DNA of 13,092 nucleotides, taken from contig JBQTHX010000084.1 in assembly GCA_052389415.1 (NCBI GenBank), forward strand, positions 1 to 13,092. Direction: 5' to 3'. The stretch is from Nitrosopumilaceae archaeon (lineage in GTDB: Archaea > Thermoproteota > Nitrososphaeria > Nitrososphaerales > Nitrosopumilaceae). The notes beneath the pieces are model-generated. The model was not told where the DNA came from and did no database searches. It saw nothing but the letters and a program-made list of their open reading frames with translations. The translations under genes and the position numbers were made by a program. Numbering within the stretch: position 1 is the stretch's first letter; each line of letters begins with the position of its first letter. Shown one piece after another: positions 1 through 5,523 of the stretch.

Positions 1-2
1 CG

Positions 3-1328
3 AAAGAATTAGAAGTAATAATAAAACGTGTTGTACGTGAAAAAGCAAAACAAAATTTATTTTTGATAAATCAAAGTGATTTGAAGAATTTTGTAGATTC
101 TGAAATTGACCAAAATATGGAGGACAAATATGAAATCTTGTCCGATCCAACAAAAAAGATCACTTCAGCTGAAGGGATTGAAGGTTTTGGCACTTTGTTT
201 GCCAGTAGATACTCGAAACTTTTAAAGATAATATCTCAGAGGGGCCAAGCACAAAAACTGGTAAAAATTGATGTAGTAAAGACAGGCAAGCCAAAAGACG
301 AAGTCTTCGTTGGTGGACTACTTATGGATAGGAAGATAGAACGAGATGTTACAAAATTGATAATAGATGATCCTAGCGGTTCTATTGAAACCCTAGTTTT
401 TAACAAAGAAATCCAACCAATAGCAAATTCACTTTTGATAGACCAATTTGTTATGCAAAGCATTACTAGTGGAAAAAATGGTGGTTTTATAACAAAAGAG
501 ATTCTTATTCCGGACCTCCCTGATCATGTGACAAATCGTTCAAAGACAGAAACCTATGCTGTCTTGATATCTGACTTGCATGTAGGTAGCAAGTATTTTA
601 TGGAAAAAGAGTTTGGAGATTTTGTTTCTTGGCTTGCTAGTCCTGATCCAATTGCAAAGAAAATTCGTTTTGTCCTAGTTTGTGGAGATGTAGTGGATGG
701 GGTTGGAATCTTTCCAAATCAAGACAAGGAGCTTCTTTTGGTGGACATTGGAGATCAGATGGTAAAAGCTGCTCAGTTACTTGATAAGATTCCAAAGCAT
801 ATCAAGGTCTTTATCATTCCAGGAAACCATGATCCTGGTAGGCGAGCCCTTCCACAACCTGCTATACCTGAAAAACACAATATGGATTTATGGAATAGAG
901 AGAATTTTTTCATGCTTGGTAATCCATCGGTAGTTTCGTTAAATGGTGTAAAGGTCTTGATGTTTCATGGGCAGAGTTTGGATGATGTTGTTGGAACCAC
1001 ACCAGGTCTTAGTTATTCCCAACCAGCAAAAGCAATGCGTATGCTGTTAAAAGCCAGACATCTAAGTCCGATTTATGGTAAAAGAACACCCATTGCTCCT
1101 GAAACGGAAGACATGATGGTAATTGATGAGATCCCTGACATCTTTCACTCTGGGCATATCCATGTTGTTGACCTAGACAAGTACAAGGGTACGTTAATAG
1201 TAAATTCCGGTGCTTGGCAAACTCAGACTGCATACCAAGCTAGTGTTGGAATAACACCAACTCCAGGGATTGCAGTTATTGTAAATCTAACCAATCTTAA
1301 GGTCTTTACCAAAAGTTTCGTAGATTAG
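3..1328 (+). CDS. polB: DNA polymerase D small subunit DP1 (3'-5' proofreading exonuclease), 5' partial
   Basis: Mre11-like phosphoesterase motifs SDLH, GDVVDG, GNHD, FHG and SGHIH, preceded by an OB-fold-like segment. The frame is open from position 3 (KELEVIIKRVVREKAKQNLFL...), so the true start lies upstream of the window and TTG at 63 is not the start. Confidence 0.95.
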   Translation, partial: KELEVIIKRVVREKAKQNLFLINQSDLKNFVDSEIDQNMEDKYEILSDPTKKITSAEGIEGFGTLFASRYSKLLKIISQRGQAQKLVKIDVVKTGKPKDEVFVGGLLMDRKIERDVTKLIIDDPSGSIETLVFNKEIQPIANSLLIDQFVMQSITSGKNGGFITKEILIPDLPDHVTNRSKTETYAVLISDLHVGSKYFMEKEFGDFVSWLASPDPIAKKIRFVLVCGDVVDGVGIFPNQDKELLLVDIGDQMVKAAQLLDKIPKHIKVFIIPGNHDPGRRALPQPAIPEKHNMDLWNRENFFMLGNPSVVSLNGVKVLMFHGQSLDDVVGTTPGLSYSQPAKAMRMLLKARHLSPIYGKRTPIAPETEDMMVIDEIPDIFHSGHIHVVDLDKYKGTLIVNSGAWQTQTAYQASVGITPTPGIAVIVNLTNLKVFTKSFVD

Positions 1329-2537
1329 CTACAAAACATCTGAAAAGATAAGATCGTCTTTGAGTGTTTTTTTTATAACATCAGGATGAATTGTCAATTT
1401 GTATTTTTTTGTCCTGCCGTGCATGCCTTGGTGAACTATCTTACCAGTGATAAGACCTGAGAGTTCAATATCACCGAGAATTTGAGTGACTCTCCGTTGT
1501 GTTATCTCTTTTTGACGTATCTTCTTACACAATCCTTTGTAGGCCTGATATATCTCGCCTGTGGAGGATCCGTTTGCTCTCATTACTGCGATAATTAGTA
1601 ATTTTTCATGTAATGGGTAAGAGTTTAGTGCTGTTGTTTCCTTATCCTCTTCCATCTTTTGAGAAGCTCGTCTGATATGGTCTTCTTTGACAGTTTTTGA
1701 TTGCTCTCTTTCAGCAAGCTCTCCTGCAACACGCAAGAGATCTATTGCTCTTCTTGCATCACCATGTTCTTGACCAGCCATTGCTGCACAGAGATTTAGT
1801 GCGGCAGTATCGACCGCGCCTTTGATAAAGGCTGTTTTGATTCTATCTAAGAGAATTTCCTTGATCTGCTCTACTGTATAATTTGTAAAGACAATCTCCT
1901 CTTCGCTAAGACTGCTCAAAACTCGGGGATCAAGTCTTTCTTTGAAGGTCAGATCGTTTGAAATTCCAATAAGTGTAAGGGAGCCTGACTTTAACCGTTC
2001 ATTTGCTCTCGTGAGGTTGTACAAAACATCCTTACCCGTTTTTGATATTAGTTCTGCCAAGTAATCAATCTCATCTATTACAAAAACTGCATTTGTAGTG
2101 TTTTTTTGAATAACTTCTAACAATTTGTTAAATACACTGCTAATTGATAATCCGGTTGCAGGAAGTTCTTTTTGGTTAAGGCCTAATTCCCTCCCCAAAC
2201 TTACTAGTAATCCATACAATGTTGTTTCGTCTTTGGCGTTTGTATAAGCCAGTTTAATCGGAAAATCACTCTTTTCAACACGTTTGTGTATTTTTGATAA
2301 GACAGTTTTTACTACCAATGTTTTGCCCGTACCGGGTTTGCCGTAAATAAGAAGATTTGATGGTCGTGATTTTTTTAAGATAGGTAGTAAAGCCTGGGTA
2401 ACTTTGGCAAGTTCGTTGTCCCTGTGTAAAATTATCTCTGGGATGAAGGTAAAATGCAATACATCACGTTTTTTTAAAATAGAAAGTCCGCTTGCTGCGT
2501 CATCAAGCAATTTATCTACGGGATCATGGTTGGTCAT
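1329..2537 (-). CDS. cdc6: Orc1/Cdc6 replication initiator (AAA+ ATPase with C-terminal winged helix)
   Basis: Walker A GKPGTGKT, Walker B VIDEID, GDARRA motif and a C-terminal wHTH. ATG at 2537 (MTNHDPVD) is preferred over GTG at 2546 because it is preceded by an SD-like AGGTG. Confidence 0.96.
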   Translation of the reverse strand: MTNHDPVDKLLDDAASGLSILKKRDVLHFTFIPEIILHRDNELAKVTQALLPILKKSRPSNLLIYGKPGTGKTLVVKTVLSKIHKRVEKSDFPIKLAYTNAKDETTLYGLLVSLGRELGLNQKELPATGLSISSVFNKLLEVIQKNTTNAVFVIDEIDYLAELISKTGKDVLYNLTRANERLKSGSLTLIGISNDLTFKERLDPRVLSSLSEEEIVFTNYTVEQIKEILLDRIKTAFIKGAVDTAALNLCAAMAGQEHGDARRAIDLLRVAGELAEREQSKTVKEDHIRRASQKMEEDKETTALNSYPLHEKLLIIAVMRANGSSTGEIYQAYKGLCKKIRQKEITQRRVTQILGDIELSGLITGKIVHQGMHGRTKKYKLTIHPDVIKKTLKDDLIFSDVL

Positions 2538-2540
2538 GGT

Positions 2541-2562
2541 ACACACCTATATTTCCTCTGTC
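2541..2562 (-). promoter_or_regulatory. ORB-like box a, overlapping the cdc6 leader and SD
   Basis: Minus strand reads GACAGAGGAAATATAGGTGTGT, matching the ORB pattern CAG(A/T)GGAAA-N4-G-rich. It ends 3 nt before the cdc6 ATG. Confidence 0.65.
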
Positions 2563-2610
2563 ATCATAATGAATCTACTTAGAATAAACTAATTAGAATA
2601 GAATCACTAA

Positions 2611-2670
2611 ACCAAATTTAGTATATCATTAATTATTTTTATTTTTATTTCAAAAAAATTTTTTAATAAA
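2611..2670. other. Extreme AT-rich tract (candidate DNA unwinding element)
   Basis: Only 5 G/C in 60 bp, and a single C in 2628-2670. Includes an A7T6 run at 2652-2664 and lies between ORB-like boxes a and b. Confidence 0.6.
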
Positions 2671-2671
2671 G

Positions 2672-2697
2672 CTAGAGTGGAAAACATGGTGTGTGGG
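2672..2697 (+). promoter_or_regulatory. ORB-like box b
   Basis: CTAGAGTGGAAAACATGGTGTGTGGG. Shares GAGTGGAAA with boxes c and d, and GGAAA-N4-GGTGTGT with box a. It is inverted relative to a, c and d. Confidence 0.72.
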
Positions 2698-2763
2698 CTC
2701 GTTTAAACTTAGTTAACTATTTGTTAAGTTCTTGTTAAGGTAAGACCAAAAAAAGCCAGATTT

Positions 2764-2793
2764 GACCCCTATATTTCCACTCCAGACGTGAAT
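2764..2793 (-). repeat. ORB box c (30-bp direct repeat, copy 1)
   Basis: Plus strand GACCCCTATATTTCCACTCCAGACGTGAAT; minus strand ...CTGGAGTGGAAATATAGGGGTC, with ORB core and G-string. Confidence 0.88.
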
Positions 2794-2825
2794 ATCAACC
2801 TTAACATTGTTAAAATGGTAGGAGG

Positions 2826-2855
2826 GACCCCCATATTTCCACTCCAGACGTGAAT
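2826..2855 (-). repeat. ORB box d (30-bp direct repeat, copy 2)
   Basis: Plus strand GACCCCCATATTTCCACTCCAGACGTGAAT. 29/30 identical to box c and starts 62 bp after it. Confidence 0.88.
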
Positions 2856-3006
2856 TATCTGTAAAGGGGATTAAAAGATGGATAGTGTTTGTTAAGGTGG
2901 TAATAATTTCTAGGCATGAGCCAGGCAGTGAATGTTAACAAACTCACTAGTTAACAAATCTTCTTTGATCTGTTCAAGTGTTAATGTGTTAACCGGATCG
3001 ATCACA

Positions 3007-3408
3007 ATGGCCAAAAAAAGAATCAAGATAGACCTAGAAGACACAGACGGAGCCAAGTACAACTTTAGTGTAGAAGGAAACGTAACTAGGGAAAAGATGT
3101 TAAAAATATTTGAAGTAATGGATTTGATAAACATAGAAGAACCTCAAGAAGGACCAACCTTAGATTCAGTAGGGTCTAAGATTTGGAATATTGTAGACAA
3201 ACACTTTCCAATGGGTAAGTTCACCTCATCTGAGGTGCTTGAGAAATATGAGGATGATTATGGGGAACCTATCAAACTAAGCATAATCTCAACATATTTG
3301 TCCAGATTTGCCTCTAAAGGCAGAGTGGAAAGAACAAAACAGGGAAGAGAGTGGGCCTATCAGGTAGTAAAGATCTCTCAAAGACAACCCAACTCCCTAA
3401 CAAAATAA
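3007..3408 (+). CDS. Hypothetical protein with small N-terminal domain and C-terminal winged helix-turn-helix (133 aa)
   Basis: C-terminus FTSSEVLEKY...LSIISTYLSRFASKGRVERTKQGREWAY has the helix-helix-wing pattern of wHTH proteins. ATG 3007 (MAKKRIK) is preferred because the upstream extension from 2932 runs through the origin motif cluster. Confidence 0.8.
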   Translation: MAKKRIKIDLEDTDGAKYNFSVEGNVTREKMLKIFEVMDLINIEEPQEGPTLDSVGSKIWNIVDKHFPMGKFTSSEVLEKYEDDYGEPIKLSIISTYLSRFASKGRVERTKQGREWAYQVVKISQRQPNSLTK

Positions 3409-3570
3409 TCACATTATCACTACTTTCTTTATTATGAGATGGTCTTGGTTCATTATGATTTTGACATAATCTCCTTTTTGAAGTTCAAGAAACTTTCTAA
3501 ACTGCTTTGGGATTGAGATTGTACCACCAGAGGTAATCTTTACCAACTCTTCATTCTGCTGAACAGTCAT
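3409..3570 (-). CDS. AbrB/MazE/SpoVT-family DNA-binding protein (53 aa; not in the ORF track)
   Basis: Manual translation gives MTVQQNEELVKITSGGTISIPKQFRKFLELQKGDYVKIIMNQDHLIIKKVVIM*, matching the family pattern K(I/V)xxxGxIxIPKxxRxxLxLxxGDxV. ATG at 3570, TGA at 3409-3411, and an AT-rich TATA-like segment about 25-30 nt upstream. Confidence 0.9.
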   Translation of the reverse strand: MTVQQNEELVKITSGGTISIPKQFRKFLELQKGDYVKIIMNQDHLIIKKVVIM

Positions 3571-3671
3571 ATTATTAAATAATTAGTTTATGTATTAAAT
3601 GTTTTATTATTTTATAAAATTCATAAATATACCATAAATTGATGAAATAGTGGATTTATTGGTATTGATTA

Positions 3672-4223
3672 TTATTGTGGAACTGGTTTTTCCAAACCAA
3701 GTTTGGCCTTACCCTTATCAGTAATGTTATAAGTAAATGGTTTGGTCCCCATATCTCTTTCAACTAAACCTTCCTCGAAAAGCTTCTTCATCATCCGTGA
3801 CGTATGCTCTCTGGTCCTACCTATTGTGATTTGTATATCACGTGATGTCATAGGTTTTTCTGTGATAAGCTTCAGAACATAATCTGTAGCACTACCAAAA
3901 TTCATGTTACGCATACGTTCTTTAGGTGGCTCTTCCTGAACCTGGCTCTCCTCTAACTGGACCTTAGTTGGTTTTTTATCATATTTTATTGGAACCTCCA
4001 ACATGCCTGTATCTTGGTCTAACTCTAGAGAATCCATTCGTATTTTCATATCAATTAACTGATTCTCATAATAATGGAGGCGGTCAGTATAGGATTTTAT
4101 TTGTTGAGATTCAGTCTTAATGAGTGGTTTGATCTTGTTGTATATCACTATGGCGAACAAACCACCAAGAAACGCGAGAGTGATTCCAATTAACACTTCT
4201 GGATCTGGAATCTCTACTAACAT
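3672..4223 (-). CDS. Membrane-anchored winged-helix protein (N-terminal TM helix, coiled-coil/linker, C-terminal MarR/ArsR-like wHTH; 183 aa)
   Basis: Hydrophobic VLIGITLAFLGGLFAIVIY followed by basic NKIK, then a heptad-like YTDRLHYYENQLIDMKIRMDSLEL and a Q/E/P-rich linker. The C-terminal VLKLITEKPMTSRDIQITIGRTREHTSRMMKKLFEEGLVER...FTYNITDKG is wHTH-like. ATG 4223 preferred over 4256. Confidence 0.82.
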   Translation of the reverse strand: MLVEIPDPEVLIGITLAFLGGLFAIVIYNKIKPLIKTESQQIKSYTDRLHYYENQLIDMKIRMDSLELDQDTGMLEVPIKYDKKPTKVQLEESQVQEEPPKERMRNMNFGSATDYVLKLITEKPMTSRDIQITIGRTREHTSRMMKKLFEEGLVERDMGTKPFTYNITDKGKAKLGLEKPVPQ

Positions 4224-4468
4224 CACAAAAACTCTGCAAAGTTCGTGATTTATCATGATCGAGCAACTTTATTTCACATAATACACATCAATCACAACAC
4301 ATTAAATATCATCGAGTTTGGTGACTATCAATTTAGATTGCTGTAATATCACAATCTACAGGCACGTTTTACCAATGTATCAATCACAGACATGATTTCA
4401 TTTTCTTTTTCAGGGAAGACATCACTGTTTTGTATCACAGATACTTGGTCCGAAAGCCTGCTTATCAC
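3826..4468. repeat. Dispersed ATCAC(A)/(T)GTGAT motif cluster
   Basis: 14 exact copies at 3826, 3837, 3842, 3862, 4144, 4180, 4222, 4245, 4291, 4348, 4383, 4421, 4434 and 4464. Both orientations occur, and the palindrome ATCACGTGAT sits at 3837-3846. Confidence 0.65.
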
Positions 4469-4711
4469 ATCAAGATCATCAGGGATGACTACTCCCAATC
4501 CCCTGAGGAGGATGATTGAATAAAACAATCCCAGAAGTTTATCCCTAGATTGAATAACCTGCCTGTAATAGGCCCCTTTTGTTATAGCAAAATCAATTTT
4601 CTGGAGGTTCAACTGATTTAAAATAATTTCAATTTGTCTTTCTGTAAATAATGATTTTTTTATAATTTGCTTGATAATATTATTAAAAATTGGATTTAGA
4701 GATTCGGCCAT
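4349..4711 (-). CDS. Hypothetical protein with HTH-like segment (120 aa)
   Basis: FTERQIEII...ITKGAYYRQVIQSRDKL resembles LuxR/sigma-region-4/Tfx-like HTH patterns (LTxRQxEIL...SxxAxxxxxxxAxxKL). The domain call is by eye only. Confidence 0.7.
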   Translation of the reverse strand: MAESLNPIFNNIIKQIIKKSLFTERQIEIILNQLNLQKIDFAITKGAYYRQVIQSRDKLLGLFYSIILLRGLGVVIPDDLDVISRLSDQVSVIQNSDVFPEKENEIMSVIDTLVKRACRL

Positions 4712-4744
4712 AGCTATACAATTCTGTATATCTTATCAGTGTTA

Positions 4745-4758
4745 AACTTTAAAAAGTT
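4745..4758 (+). promoter_or_regulatory. Candidate TATA box of the GGGPS-DP2 unit within a short inverted repeat
   Basis: AACTTT-AA-AAAGTT contains TTTAAAA about 21-28 nt upstream of ATG 4776, consistent with a leaderless archaeal promoter. It lies in a 64-bp divergent intergenic region. Confidence 0.45.
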
Positions 4759-4775
4759 CACTATTAACCTGTTTT

Positions 4776-5522
4776 ATGAAAAATGTGGAGAGTTATCTGA
4801 GGACGACTCTCAAGAAAAAGAAAGCTTTATTGTTTGTTCTCATAGATTCGGAAATATCTGAAATAAAATCAACTGTAAAGCTTGCAAAAGAAGTTGAGAA
4901 GATTGGCGCAGCAGCAATCCTAGTTGGAGGGTCATCTGCCACTGATCAGCTTGGCATGTCTGAGGTTGTTAGAAATTTAAAAAAATCAATCAAGATTCCA
5001 ATAATACTATTCCCTGGTAATATCACAGGTGTTGTCCCAAACGCTGACGCCATCTTATTTAGCTCTCTTTTGAATTCAGAGAATCCATATTACATCTCTC
5101 AGGCTCAAGCACTTGGAGCTCCAAACGTTCTAAAATTCGGGTTGGAACCTCTCCCTACTGCCTACATTGTGATAGGTGAAGGAACCTCGGCTTGGTTTGT
5201 AGGCTCAGTGAGAAGCATACCTTTTGACAAATCAAACCTTGCCGCAATGTACGCCCTTTCAGCACAATTCCTTGGCATGAGGTTTGTATACCTTGAGGCA
5301 GGCTCTGGCGCTTCTTCTCACGTTAAACCAGAGATGATACGGGCTGTACGTAAGGTATTCAAAGGCTTTTTGATCGTCGGCGGTGGAATCCGAGGCTCTC
5401 ATGCGGCAGGCGAGATTGTAAAGGCAGGTGCTGATGCCATCGTGATAGGTACCCTTGCAGAAAGAGGCGGAAGTAAAGTCTTAAACGAAATTATCAAAAC
5501 CATACAGAGTGTAAAGAAGTAA
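4776..5522 (+). CDS. Geranylgeranylglyceryl phosphate synthase (PcrB/GGGPS family; archaeal ether lipid synthesis)
   Basis: Family motifs VLID, ILVGGS, IILFPG, ADAILFSSLLNS, YLEAGSGA, VGGGIR and GADAIVIGT; size fits a TIM barrel (248 aa). Confidence 0.93.
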   Translation: MKNVESYLRTTLKKKKALLFVLIDSEISEIKSTVKLAKEVEKIGAAAILVGGSSATDQLGMSEVVRNLKKSIKIPIILFPGNITGVVPNADAILFSSLLNSENPYYISQAQALGAPNVLKFGLEPLPTAYIVIGEGTSAWFVGSVRSIPFDKSNLAAMYALSAQFLGMRFVYLEAGSGASSHVKPEMIRAVRKVFKGFLIVGGGIRGSHAAGEIVKAGADAIVIGTLAERGGSKVLNEIIKTIQSVKK

Positions 5523-5523
5523 C

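Larger units (their letters stand above)
2701..2993. repeat. Iterated GTTAA/TTAAC motif cluster within oriC
   Basis: Sites at 2712, 2723, 2734, 2801 (TTAAC), 2809, 2891, 2934, 2950, 2980 and 2988, plus GTTTAAAC at 2701. Several are palindromic GTTAAC. Confidence 0.7.
2541..3000. other. Chromosomal replication origin (oriC), cdc6-adjacent
   Basis: The longest intergenic region in the window, directly upstream of cdc6. It holds four ORB-like boxes in both orientations and an extreme AT-rich tract, and the two PolD subunit genes lie on either side. Confidence 0.88.

Noticed and set aside
2764-2855. 30-bp repeat / 32-bp spacer / 30-bp repeat as a mini CRISPR array
   Set aside because: The dimensions are CRISPR-like, but there are only two copies and no cas genes. 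The repeats carry an ORB core and G-string next to cdc6, and related boxes occur nearby in inverted orientation.
3409-3570. Toxin-antitoxin module
   Set aside because: No adjacent co-oriented toxin ORF. The downstream neighbour is a convergent wHTH gene.
3571-3671. Second AT-rich tract as another origin or ncRNA
   Set aside because: No flanking ORBs or stable structure. It is adequately explained as the terminator of the membrane-wHTH gene plus the promoter of the AbrB-like gene.
3826-4468. GTGAT copies as internal Shine-Dalgarno sites, CRP half-sites or DnaA boxes
   Set aside because: GTGAT is complementary to part of the 16S 3' tail, but copies occur on both strands and are mostly TGTGAT, not GGTGAT. 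No TGTGA-N6-TCACA pair was seen, and TTATCACA is not the 9-mer TTATCCACA.
3007-4711. Integrated mobile element or provirus carrying small regulators
   Set aside because: No integrase, transposase, att-like direct repeats or tRNA target, and the genes are tightly packed among core replication genes.
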